Below, one piece after another: positions 9,410 through 17,965 of a stretch of 64,000 bases of DNA. A model generated the notes under the pieces. It was not told the origin of the DNA. It did not search any database and worked only from the letters and a program-made list of their open reading frames with translations. Positions within the stretch are counted from its first letter, which is position 1, and every line of letters starts with the position of its first letter. The stretch lies in the NCBI RefSeq assembly GCF_056712565.1, contig NZ_CM160072.1; one strand, 5' to 3'. Made by a program: the position numbers and the translations under genes.

Positions 9410-9852
9410 TTGCTATACCAAATGAAGATGCTGAGTCTTGGTTGTCCACTTTAAAAACGTATCAATCTTCATCTGTCAGGAATTTTCTCGAAAATGGCGA
9501 TGAAGAAAAGGCTCTTGAGCTATGGCTAACTGCATCTGGCCCAAGTTCAGTTGCTCAATTTGGCGGTGATAATTCAAAAATGCCGGGAAGAAAAGCGTTT
9601 GTTGAGCAGTTTAAATTAGAGTTTAAGGCTTTTGTATGTGGAGGTGATAAATATGCAGAGGAGAGGGAATGTTTAGGAGCACTGACTGGTGATGTTAAAA
9701 CATACTTTGTAGGGGTGATCTCTTCGGCAATTGCGGGTTCTTTGGGGGCAACAGCAACATTTATTGCTCCAGCTGTAGTAATTATGTTGATAGCTGTCTC
9801 AAAAATGGGAATTAATGCTTGGTGTTCATTAGAGACAACGACAGAATCTTAG
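9406..9852 (+). CDS. Small protein (148 aa) with C-terminal hydrophobic membrane anchor; partner of the protease
   Basis: ATGA start/stop overlap with protease gene (translational coupling); C-terminal segment YFVGVISSAIAGSLGATATFIAPAVVIMLIAVS is hydrophobic. Confidence 0.7.
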   Translation: MIAIPNEDAESWLSTLKTYQSSSVRNFLENGDEEKALELWLTASGPSSVAQFGGDNSKMPGRKAFVEQFKLEFKAFVCGGDKYAEERECLGALTGDVKTYFVGVISSAIAGSLGATATFIAPAVVIMLIAVSKMGINAWCSLETTTES

Positions 9853-9854
9853 GA

Positions 9855-9879
9855 AAACGCCCTTTTAGGGCGTTTTTTT
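9855..9879. terminator. Bidirectional rho-independent terminator between cargo operon and portal gene
   Basis: AAACGCCC-TTTTA-GGGCGTTT followed by T-run and preceded by A-run; overlaps Q stop codon. Confidence 0.7.
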
Positions 9880-10906
9880 ATAAATCATAATGCTGAAATC
9901 GGATAGTTTTCTCACCTAACCATTCATTAACTTCCATTATTCTTTTTTGGAGTGGAATTAGTTCATTTCTAACAAAAACCTTACTCGCCTTCTCCACATC
10001 CCCAAACCCTCCAACATTATTAGGCATTATCCCCATCATTTGTGGCGGCACACGATGCGCCGCCATCATGTCGTCCCGGCTCACGTTCTTGATATTCAGG
10101 AACTCATCCTTCGCCGCCACTTCTGACAACGGGATAATCTGAAGCCCGTCCTTTTTACCGTTAGGCGAGTACATAAACAGGTTACGGAAGTTACCAGGAC
10201 CTTTGGCACTTTTCATCGCGTTGCGGAGATTGTTCACATCCTCCTGATTCTGCGCGGCATCGGTCATATACATGATGAAGCCTGCATGGCTGCCGTTGAT
10301 GTAATACTTGCGGCGGAACAGCGTGGCGGACTTATTGAGCAGGGCTGACGGAATGGCAGAAAGATAGCCGGGCAGGCCGTAGATCTCCTGGTTGATGTCC
10401 GGTTCCATCAGATGAAAAATGCTGCCTTTCGTGAACTGATACGGCTGGGTTGTCATACCGTATTGCACAAACCAGTAGGTATCCAGGTCTAACCCGCGTC
10501 GGGTGTATTTTGCCAGCGCAGGATCAAGGGCGATAACTTCACCGAATCGGTTCGTGCGTTTCTCCAGGTAGGCGTTACCAAATACCAGATAGTCCTGCAC
10601 AAAACGCGAAAAAGCCTGCTGGCTGAGCAGCGGATGAGGGATATAGGTACTGGTCAGAATGTTGCACTTTACTGCAATCGGAGAACTGTGATGCACGGCG
10701 GCGCGGAAGGTGCGCGCCAGTCCGTCAAAGCTGACGGGCGGCTCATACCAGCGATCTGTCTGTACGCATTCCACATAGTCCAGCAGTTCACGGCGGTCCA
10801 GAACAGGAACGGGATCACCGAAGCTGAATGCTTCGGCTGAAGTCTGGCTTTTATGCTGGAGCTGGTTCGTCGACGCAGCGCGGTTCTTCTTACTCTTTCC
10901 CATCAA
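9878..10906 (-). CDS. Q: Portal protein gpQ
   Basis: 342-aa ORF; first leftward late gene; size and position as P2 Q. Confidence 0.9.
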   Translation of the reverse strand: MMGKSKKNRAASTNQLQHKSQTSAEAFSFGDPVPVLDRRELLDYVECVQTDRWYEPPVSFDGLARTFRAAVHHSSPIAVKCNILTSTYIPHPLLSQQAFSRFVQDYLVFGNAYLEKRTNRFGEVIALDPALAKYTRRGLDLDTYWFVQYGMTTQPYQFTKGSIFHLMEPDINQEIYGLPGYLSAIPSALLNKSATLFRRKYYINGSHAGFIMYMTDAAQNQEDVNNLRNAMKSAKGPGNFRNLFMYSPNGKKDGLQIIPLSEVAAKDEFLNIKNVSRDDMMAAHRVPPQMMGIMPNNVGGFGDVEKASKVFVRNELIPLQKRIMEVNEWLGEKTIRFQHYDL

Positions 10907-12630
10907 AAAATCTCCACAATATTACTGGTATTGGCGGACTCGCCCTGCAGTGGTTCGTTAAACAGTGCGTGCATTGTTGCCCAGGCCAGATCGGCGTGGC
11001 TGGCTTCTTCGCTGCGGCTGGCTTCATAGGTCGGGCGGTTGCCGCTGGCGGTGGTTGCGCGACGGATTGCCATGAATGACTGCGCAATGTCGGTGTGTCC
11101 GGCGTCAAACTCCAGACGGCGGTGGCTGATAATGTCGTAGGCCTTGAGTACCAGGGCGTTTTTAACGTTGGGGTTGTAGACAAACTCCCGGACGGCAGGA
11201 AAGAACGCTTTCACGTTCTCATAAACCCCGTGACCGACACCTGTCGAGTCGATGCCGATATATGTCACGTTGTACTGTTCGGTCAGTTTTTTGATGGCGT
11301 CCGCCTGGGCGCGGAAGTCCATCCCGCGCCACTGGTGACGCTCAAGAATACGGAACTTACCGCCCGGCACGGCTGGCGGAGCCACCACCACGCATCCGGC
11401 ACTGTCGCCGTTCTGCGTACCTTTTGCCGGGTCATAACCGATCCACACTTCGCGCCAGCCAAACGGGCGCAGCGCCAGTGCATGAAAGTCGGTCCAGACT
11501 TCCCAGCTGTCCACCATGCACGCCTGCAATTCGCTGAGCGGGAACACAGATGCGAGATCGTCAACGAACTCGCACATCAGCAGGTTCTGGTATTCGTCCG
11601 GGCTGTACTCCATGCGCAACTGGTCGAGGTCGAACAGGTTACAGCCGCCGCGTACCGCATCTTCCACGGTGACTATCTGGCGGTATTGCCCGTCTGCGCA
11701 CAGCAGGCCGGGGGCCAGATTGCTGTGGGACAGGTCGATGTCCACCTTATCGGCTTTGTTGCGCCCACGGTTGAACAACGCGCCGGACCAGAACGGATAA
11801 GCACTGTGGGTCAGGCTGGATGGCGTGGAAAAATAGGTCTGTCGCCATTTCTTGTGAATAGCCATACCGGAAGCCACTTTGCGCAGCTCCTGAAATTTTG
11901 GTATCCAGAAATATTCATCCAGATACAGGTTGCCGTGATAACTCTGGGCCGTGCGGGCATTGGTGCCTAGGAAGTAAAGCGTGGCCCCGTTAGGAAGCAC
12001 CATCGGATCGCCTTTCAGCTCCACCTCCACTTCTTTGGCGAAGTCGATGATGTACTGCTTAAAGACGTGGGCCTGTGCCTTACTGGCGGAAAGGAAAATC
12101 TGGTTACGCCCGGTAAGCAGAGCGTCAATCAGGGCTTCACGGGCAAAGTAAAAGGTTGCGCCGATCTGGCGTGACTTCAGCAGGTTGCGGATGCGGTTGT
12201 TTTTTCCGGCTTCCCACCAGTGGCGCTGGTAGTTGAACATGGAGGAATGGAAGATTTCTTCCAGCTTCTCAATCTGTTCATCGGTGAAAACGTTCTTTTC
12301 CGGCTGACGGCGCGGGCCTTTGTTGCGGTTGGCGACGTTAGGGTTTAAGTCGGCTTCGTTGCCGCCATTGTTAAACTTGCCGATCCGCGCATGGCGCTCC
12401 GACTGGCGCGCCAGCAGGTCAATCTCTTTGAAATCTTTCCCTTCTTTGTGCTCCTTCATAATGAGCTGGCAGTAGCGTGCGGCGGTGGTGAGCTGCATCT
12501 GATCCAGCGGCCCATAGTCACCCCACTTGTCGCGTTTTTTCCAGCTGTTCCAGTAAGTTTTTTCTAACGGAGCACGGCTCATGACAGTGAAAGCAAAGCG
12601 TTTTCGCATCGGGGTGGAAGGTGCCACCAC
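10903..12630 (-). CDS. P: Terminase large (ATPase) subunit gpP; true start probably downstream of 12630
   Basis: 575-aa ORF following Q; ATPase motifs; 5' end overlaps the divergent capsid ORF so start is uncertain. Confidence 0.85.
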   Translation of the reverse strand: MVAPSTPMRKRFAFTVMSRAPLEKTYWNSWKKRDKWGDYGPLDQMQLTTAARYCQLIMKEHKEGKDFKEIDLLARQSERHARIGKFNNGGNEADLNPNVANRNKGPRRQPEKNVFTDEQIEKLEEIFHSSMFNYQRHWWEAGKNNRIRNLLKSRQIGATFYFAREALIDALLTGRNQIFLSASKAQAHVFKQYIIDFAKEVEVELKGDPMVLPNGATLYFLGTNARTAQSYHGNLYLDEYFWIPKFQELRKVASGMAIHKKWRQTYFSTPSSLTHSAYPFWSGALFNRGRNKADKVDIDLSHSNLAPGLLCADGQYRQIVTVEDAVRGGCNLFDLDQLRMEYSPDEYQNLLMCEFVDDLASVFPLSELQACMVDSWEVWTDFHALALRPFGWREVWIGYDPAKGTQNGDSAGCVVVAPPAVPGGKFRILERHQWRGMDFRAQADAIKKLTEQYNVTYIGIDSTGVGHGVYENVKAFFPAVREFVYNPNVKNALVLKAYDIISHRRLEFDAGHTDIAQSFMAIRRATTASGNRPTYEASRSEEASHADLAWATMHALFNEPLQGESANTSNIVEIF

Positions 12631-13930
12631 CGACGGACGCGAAATCCAGCGTGAATGGCTGGAACAGATGGCAGCCAGCTACAACCCGGCGGTGTATACC
12701 GCGCTGATTAACCTTGAGCACATCAAGTCTTATATACCGGACAGCACCTTTAACCGCTACGGCAAGGTGACGGCGCTGTTTGCTGAAGAAATCACGGAAG
12801 GTCCGCTGGCAGGCAAGATGGCGCTGTATGCCGACGTTGAGCCAACGGAGTCCCTGGTGGAACTGGTGAAAAAAGGCCAGAAATTATTCACCTCTATGGA
12901 AGTCAGCCCGAAGTTCGCTGATACGGGCAAAGCCTACCTGGTCGGCCTGGCTGCCACTGATGACCCTGCCAGTCTGGGTACGGAAATGCTGACATTCAGC
13001 GCCAGTGCAGCCCATAACCCGCTGGCAAACCGCAAGCAGAATCCTGCCATGACTGAGCAGTCCGGTCAGCTGCTGGGGCTGGGTGTTGGCAGCACCATTG
13101 CCGGAACCACTGACACCACCGCAAAAGAGCGTGAACCTGTCGATCCGACGCTGATGGTCGATGTGGAATATAAATGCGAGCAGACCAACTTTGACACGGT
13201 GCTGACCTACGCGAAGCTGGACCTGTGGGCGAAGTTTCAGGATTTCCAGGTGCGTATCCGTGACGCCATCGTGAAACGTCAGGCACTGGACCGCATCATG
13301 ATCGGCTTTAACGGCGTGAAGCGTGCGAAAACCTCCAACCGTAGTGAAAACCCGCTGCTGCAGGATGTGAACAAAGGCTGGCTGCAGAAAATCCGTGAGG
13401 ATGCACCGGATCACGTCATGGGCAGCACCACCACGGGCGGCGAAACCACACCGGGTGCGGTGAAAGTCGGTAAAGGGGGCGAATATGCCAACTTGGACGC
13501 TGTGGTGATGGATGCGGTCAATGAGCTTATCGACGTGGTCTACCAGGACGATGACGATCTGGTGGTGATTTGCGGTCGTGAACTGCTGTCTGACAAGTAT
13601 TTCCCGCTGGTCAACAAAGAGCAGGAAAACAGTGAAAAATTGGCAGCCGATATGATTATCAGTCAGAAACGCATGGGCGGTCTGCAGGCCGTGCGTGCGC
13701 CGTTCTTCCCGCCGAATGCGCTGCTGATCACCCGTCTGGATAACCTGTCCATCTACTGGCAGGAAGACACCCGCCGCCGTTCAGTTATCGACAACCCGAA
13801 ACGTGACCGGATTGAAAACTTTGAATCCGTTAACGAAGCCTATGTGGTTGAGGACTACCGCTGCGCCGCACTGGTGGAAAACATCCAGATTGGTGATTTC
13901 AGCGCCGCCGCAGCCGAAACCGGAGCGTAA
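12581..13930 (+). CDS. Capsid protein with N-terminal gpO-like scaffold/protease region and C-terminal gpN-like major-capsid region in one 449-aa ORF
   Basis: N-terminus FRIGVEGATTDGR resembles P2 gpO start as I recall it; C-terminal half LITRLDNLSIYWQE...DNPKRDRIENFES...VVEDY resembles P2 gpN; single uninterrupted frame. Confidence 0.75.
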   Translation: MTVKAKRFRIGVEGATTDGREIQREWLEQMAASYNPAVYTALINLEHIKSYIPDSTFNRYGKVTALFAEEITEGPLAGKMALYADVEPTESLVELVKKGQKLFTSMEVSPKFADTGKAYLVGLAATDDPASLGTEMLTFSASAAHNPLANRKQNPAMTEQSGQLLGLGVGSTIAGTTDTTAKEREPVDPTLMVDVEYKCEQTNFDTVLTYAKLDLWAKFQDFQVRIRDAIVKRQALDRIMIGFNGVKRAKTSNRSENPLLQDVNKGWLQKIREDAPDHVMGSTTTGGETTPGAVKVGKGGEYANLDAVVMDAVNELIDVVYQDDDDLVVICGRELLSDKYFPLVNKEQENSEKLAADMIISQKRMGGLQAVRAPFFPPNALLITRLDNLSIYWQEDTRRRSVIDNPKRDRIENFESVNEAYVVEDYRCAALVENIQIGDFSAAAAETGA

Positions 13931-13933
13931 TCC

Positions 13934-14584
13934 ATGAACCTGAGTCCCGCACGGCAGCATCGCCTGCGCGTTCAGGCTGAACAGGCCGCCCGCGAGGGCG
14001 GCAGTGTTCGCCACGCATCGGGCCATGACCTGATGCTGCTGCAACTGGCGGAAGACCGCCGCCGTCTCAAGGGCGTTCAGTCCACGGTCAAAAAAGCGGA
14101 AATCAAGGTGGAGCTGCTGCCGAAGTACGCCGCCTGGGCAGAGGGTGTCCTGGCTGCCGGAGGCGCTCAACAGGATGACGTGCTGATGTACGTGATGCTG
14201 TGGCGCATTGATGCCGGAGATTATGCCGGAGCGCTGGAGATCGGGCGTCATGCCCTGCGTCATGGCTGGGTGATGCCGCTGGGTAACCGCAACGTGCAGA
14301 CCGTGCTGGCAGAGGAAATGGCAGACGCCGCGCAGAGCGCAATGCTTGCCGCCACCGGCTTTGATGCCGATCTGTTGTTGCAGACGCTGGAGCTGACAGA
14401 CGGTCTGGATATGCCGGACCAGTCACGGGCGCGTCTGCATAAAGCGATTGGCGCTGTCCTGAGTGAAAGCAATCCGGCTTCCGCCCTTAATCATCTCAAC
14501 CATGCGTTACAGCTCGATCCCCGCTGTGGCGTGAAAAAAGACAAACAGCAGCTGGAGCGCAGACTGCGCAATGACAGCCGCTGA
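13934..14584 (+). CDS. M: Terminase small/endonuclease subunit gpM
   Basis: 216-aa ORF after capsid gene; P2 synteny. Confidence 0.8.
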   Translation: MNLSPARQHRLRVQAEQAAREGGSVRHASGHDLMLLQLAEDRRRLKGVQSTVKKAEIKVELLPKYAAWAEGVLAAGGAQQDDVLMYVMLWRIDAGDYAGALEIGRHALRHGWVMPLGNRNVQTVLAEEMADAAQSAMLAATGFDADLLLQTLELTDGLDMPDQSRARLHKAIGAVLSESNPASALNHLNHALQLDPRCGVKKDKQQLERRLRNDSR

Positions 14585-14679
14585 CAGAACGTGCCCCCGC
14601 GCACGGGCGGCACGGGGTGGCGAAAGGCACCGCCACATCAAAACCCCGTCCACCGCCCTCTATTTCAGGAGAAAGCAGC

Positions 14680-15144
14680 ATGAAGTTTGTTGCGCCAGAA
14701 CAGGCACCGGAACAGGCGGAAATCATCAGGAATACGCCGTTCTGGCCTGATGTGGACTTGTCGGAGTTTCGCAGTGTCATGCGCACTGACGGCACGGTGA
14801 CGCAGCCGCGTTTAAAGCAGGTTGCGCTGTCGGCAATTTCGGAGGTCAACGCAGAGCTGTATGAGTTTCGCAGACGCCAGCAGATGCTGGGATATGCCTC
14901 GCTGGCAGAGGTTCCGGCAGAACATCTGGACGGGAAAAGTGAGCGCATTCAGCACTATTTCAACGCGGTTTACTGCTGGGCCCGCGCCATGCTCAACGAA
15001 CGATACCAGGACTATGACGCCACGGCGTCTGGTGTGAAGCGAGGCGAGGAACTGGCGGAAGCCAGCGGTGATTTATGGCGTGACGCCCGCTGGGCCATCA
15101 GCCGGGTACAGGACGCGCCGCACTGCACAGTGGAGCTTATCTGA
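14680..15144 (+). CDS. L: Head completion protein gpL
   Basis: ATG 14680 with AGGAGA RBS; P2 synteny. Confidence 0.75.
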   Translation: MKFVAPEQAPEQAEIIRNTPFWPDVDLSEFRSVMRTDGTVTQPRLKQVALSAISEVNAELYEFRRRQQMLGYASLAEVPAEHLDGKSERIQHYFNAVYCWARAMLNERYQDYDATASGVKRGEELAEASGDLWRDARWAISRVQDAPHCTVELI

Positions 15145-15347
15145 TGAAAGTGCGTGCGCATCAGTATGACACGGTGGACGCGCTTTGCTGGCGTCATTAC
15201 GGGCGCACGCAGGGTGTCACGGAGCAGGTACTGAAGGCAAATCCGGGGCTTGCCGAATACGGCCCCTTTTTACCTCACGGGCTGCAGGTGGAGCTGCCGG
15301 ACATTCCGACTACCACCACCGTGCAGACCGTCCAGCTATGGGACTGA
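15144..15347 (+). CDS. X: Tail protein gpX (67 aa)
   Basis: Size and position as P2 X; TGATG overlap with L. Confidence 0.8.
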   Translation: MKVRAHQYDTVDALCWRHYGRTQGVTEQVLKANPGLAEYGPFLPHGLQVELPDIPTTTTVQTVQLWD

Positions 15348-15350
15348 ATT

Positions 15351-15566
15351 ATGACGCTTGAGCGAATCAGCGCCTTTATCACGTACTGCATCGCCGTTGT
15401 GCTGGCCTGGCTGGGCGATTTGTCCATCAAGGATGCCTCAACGCTGGGCGGCCTGATGATTGGTGTGCTGATGCTGGCTATCAACTGGTACTACAAACAC
15501 AAAGCCTACCAGCTTCTGCGCGACGGGCAGATCTCGCGGGAGGACTATGAATCCATCAATCGTTAA
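15351..15566 (+). CDS. Holin (71 aa, two TM segments; pinholin-like)
   Basis: Two hydrophobic stretches then charged C-terminus; directly upstream of lysozyme. Confidence 0.7.
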   Translation: MTLERISAFITYCIAVVLAWLGDLSIKDASTLGGLMIGVLMLAINWYYKHKAYQLLRDGQISREDYESINR

Positions 15567-16059
15567 ACGCTGCCTTGTCGGGGCCGTGCTGGCTATTGCT
15601 GCCACGCTGCCGGGTTTTCAGCAGCTTCACACCTCCGTAGAGGGGCTGAAACTGATTGCCGATTACGAAGGCTGTCGTCTGCAGCCGTATCAGTGCAGCG
15701 CGGGCGTCTGGACCGACGGCATTGGTAATACGTCGGGCGTCATTCCCGGCAAAACCATTACGGAGCGACAGGCAGCAAAAGGGCTGATCTCCAACGTGCT
15801 GCGTGTGGAGCGGGCGCTGGAAAGGTGTGTGAAGCAACAGCCGCCGCAGAAGGTATATGACGCTACGGTGTCGTTTGCCTTCAACGTGGGAACGGACAAT
15901 GCCTGCAGTTCAACACTGGTGAAATTACTCAATCAGCGGCGCTGGGCGGATGCGTGCCGACAGTTGCCGCGCTGGGTTTATGTGAAAGGTGTGTTTAATC
16001 AGGGGCTGGATAACCGCCGTGCGCGGGAGATGGCCTGGTGTTTACAGGGAGCAAACTGA
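15547..16059 (+). CDS. K: Endolysin (phage lysozyme) with N-terminal SAR-like hydrophobic segment
   Basis: N-terminus KRCLVGAVLAIAATLPG (Gly/Ala-rich hydrophobic) followed by lysozyme-like region EGLKLIADYEGCRLQPYQCSAGVWTDGIGNT. Confidence 0.8.
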   Translation: MNPSIVKRCLVGAVLAIAATLPGFQQLHTSVEGLKLIADYEGCRLQPYQCSAGVWTDGIGNTSGVIPGKTITERQAAKGLISNVLRVERALERCVKQQPPQKVYDATVSFAFNVGTDNACSSTLVKLLNQRRWADACRQLPRWVYVKGVFNQGLDNRRAREMAWCLQGAN

Positions 16060-16060
16060 A

Positions 16061-16438
16061 ATGAAAAAGAAATTAATCAGCGGGCTGTTTCTGATGTTAT
16101 GGATGGCGTTGTTAATCGCAGCAATGGTGTATCCGCAGGGGATTTTTCCGGTACTGGCAGCGTCCGGCGTTTGGGTAGCCTGTTTGCTGACATGGGCGGT
16201 AATTCCGGTAGCACTGGCTGCGTTAATTAAGAATGGACCGCTCTGGCAGGAGTTAAGGGCATCTTTGCTGAAGACAATTACCCGAAAAGAAAACGTATTT
16301 ACCAGTTGGGTGATGCGATTGCTGATTGTTGTAAGTCTCGCCTGGACGGGGTGGGCTATTACCCTGGTGTTTTATCTACTGACCGTTATTGCCTTCTGGA
16401 TCACCCGTAATCAGATGGCGCAACAGGTAGCAGCATGA
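16061..16438 (+). CDS. lysA: LysA-like membrane protein
   Basis: ATG 16061; multiple TM helices; P2 position. Confidence 0.6.
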   Translation: MKKKLISGLFLMLWMALLIAAMVYPQGIFPVLAASGVWVACLLTWAVIPVALAALIKNGPLWQELRASLLKTITRKENVFTSWVMRLLIVVSLAWTGWAITLVFYLLTVIAFWITRNQMAQQVAA

Positions 16439-16863
16439 ACCGGTTGCTGCTGGTTGTGCTGGCGTTATTACTGGCGGCGCTGGGCTGGCAGACGTGGCGG
16501 CTGGCTGATGCCAGCCAGACCATTAGCACGCAGGCAGACGAGCTGCAGAGCAAAAGCCAGGCACTGGCAAAGAGCAACAGCCAGCTTATCAGCCTGTCCA
16601 TTCTGGCTGAAACCAACAACCGGGAGCAGGCGCGGCTCTATGCCGACGCAGAACAGACCAGCGCACTGCTGAGACAACGACAACACCGGATTGAGGAACT
16701 GAAACGTGAGAACGAGGATTTACGCCGCTGGGCTGATACTCCTTTGCCTGCTGACATTATCCGGCTGCGGGAACGCCCCACGCTCACCGGAGGTGCAGCT
16801 TACCGTCAGTGGTTGTCCGCGAGTGACGCCGTGTCGGCTGGATCAGGCAGCGCCGCGCATTAA
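16435..16863 (+). CDS. lysB: LysB (Rz-like spanin, inner-membrane component)
   Basis: N-terminal TM, coiled-coil-like middle; embedded out-of-frame lipoprotein ORF. Confidence 0.65.
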   Translation: MNRLLLVVLALLLAALGWQTWRLADASQTISTQADELQSKSQALAKSNSQLISLSILAETNNREQARLYADAEQTSALLRQRQHRIEELKRENEDLRRWADTPLPADIIRLRERPTLTGGAAYRQWLSASDAVSAGSGSAAH

Positions 16864-16996
16864 CGGTGATCTGAACGCGTTGTTGGATGAAACGGAGGCC
16901 GCCTGGGCGGTCTGTGCAGACAAAGTGGACATGATTATTGCGTGTCAGGAGCGAAACAGTGAACAAACCACAATCCCTGCGCCACGCCCTCAATAA
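16706..16996 (+). CDS. lysC: LysC (Rz1-like outer-membrane lipoprotein spanin)
   Basis: Lipobox LSGC after signal peptide; overlaps lysB in another frame. Confidence 0.5.
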   Translation: MRTRIYAAGLILLCLLTLSGCGNAPRSPEVQLTVSGCPRVTPCRLDQAAPRINGDLNALLDETEAAWAVCADKVDMIIACQERNSEQTTIPAPRPQ

Positions 16997-17390
16997 GGCG
17001 GTGCCTTATGTCCGCAATAACCCGGACAAACTGCATCTGTTTGTGGATAACGGTTCGCTGGTTGCCACGGGGGCCAGCTCCATGTCATGGGAGTACCGCT
17101 ACACCCTGAACGTGGTGATTGAGGATTTCAGCGGCGACCAGAATCTGCTGATGGCCCCGGTTTTGCTGTGGCTGCGGGATAACCAGCCCGATGCCATCAA
17201 TAATCCGGCGTTACGGGAAAAGTTATTCACCTTTGAGGTGGATATTCTGCGCAACGATGTCTGTGATATCAGCCTTAACCTGCAACTGACGGAGCGTGTG
17301 CTGGTCAGCACTGACGGCAGTGTGTCGAGCGTTGAAGCTATAGCGGAACCTGATGAACCTGAAGAAATGTGGACGGTGAAACGTGGCTGA
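16938..17390 (+). CDS. R: Tail completion protein gpR (start uncertain, TTG 16938 or GTG 16959)
   Basis: KPQSLRHALNKAV resembles P2 gpR N-terminus; synteny. Confidence 0.7.
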   Translation: MRVRSETVNKPQSLRHALNKAVPYVRNNPDKLHLFVDNGSLVATGASSMSWEYRYTLNVVIEDFSGDQNLLMAPVLLWLRDNQPDAINNPALREKLFTFEVDILRNDVCDISLNLQLTERVLVSTDGSVSSVEAIAEPDEPEEMWTVKRG

Positions 17391-17820
17391 ACTGCAGAAG
17401 GTGGATGAGTGGCTGGCGGCCTTGCTGGCGAATCTGGAGCCTGCCACACGCCAGCGTATGATGCGGGAACTGGCGCAGGAGTTGCGCCGCAATCAGCAGA
17501 AGAATATCAGGCTGCAGCTTAACCCTGATGGCAGCGGCTTTGAGCCGCGCCGGGTAGCAGCCCGCAGTAAGAAGGGGCGCATCAAACGCCAGATGTTCGC
17601 CAAATTGCGCACTAATAAATACCTGAAAACTGCCGCCACAGCGGATTATGCCTGCGTGTATTTTGATGGAAAAGTCCAGCGCATCGCCTGTGTACACCAC
17701 TATGGACTGCGTGACCGTGTTAGTCGAAGAGGTTTAAAAGTACAGTACCCTGAGAGAAGGCTTTTAGGATTTACTAAGGATATTAGTAACTTGAACTTGG
17801 GTGTTTACTTAAAACGCTAA
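17383..17820 (+). CDS. S: Tail completion protein gpS; last ~20 codons run into AT-rich cargo DNA
   Basis: Synteny after R; 3' end from about 17760 is AT-rich and continuous with the cargo island. Confidence 0.75.
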   Translation: MAELQKVDEWLAALLANLEPATRQRMMRELAQELRRNQQKNIRLQLNPDGSGFEPRRVAARSKKGRIKRQMFAKLRTNKYLKTAATADYACVYFDGKVQRIACVHHYGLRDRVSRRGLKVQYPERRLLGFTKDISNLNLGVYLKR

Positions 17821-17909
17821 AGTAAATAGTGGGTTAAGAGAATTAGTGGAGGGAGACTTTATCGTTCTACATAAGATACCTTGCTTGAATATACTATAAA
17901 GCTCTTTTT

Positions 17910-17938
17910 TTGAGATTAATCTTGTTGTACTTTAATGT
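17910..17938 (+). promoter_or_regulatory. Putative sigma70 promoter for the OLD-like gene
   Basis: TTGAGA - 17 bp - TAATGT upstream of ATG 17966. Confidence 0.3.
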
Positions 17939-17965
17939 CTTCACCTCACTAATGGAGCTAATTTT

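Noticed and set aside
11095-11970. 291-aa plus-strand ORF
   Set aside because: Antisense within terminase gene P; spurious open frame.
12884-13414. 176-aa minus-strand ORF
   Set aside because: Antisense within the capsid gene; spurious.
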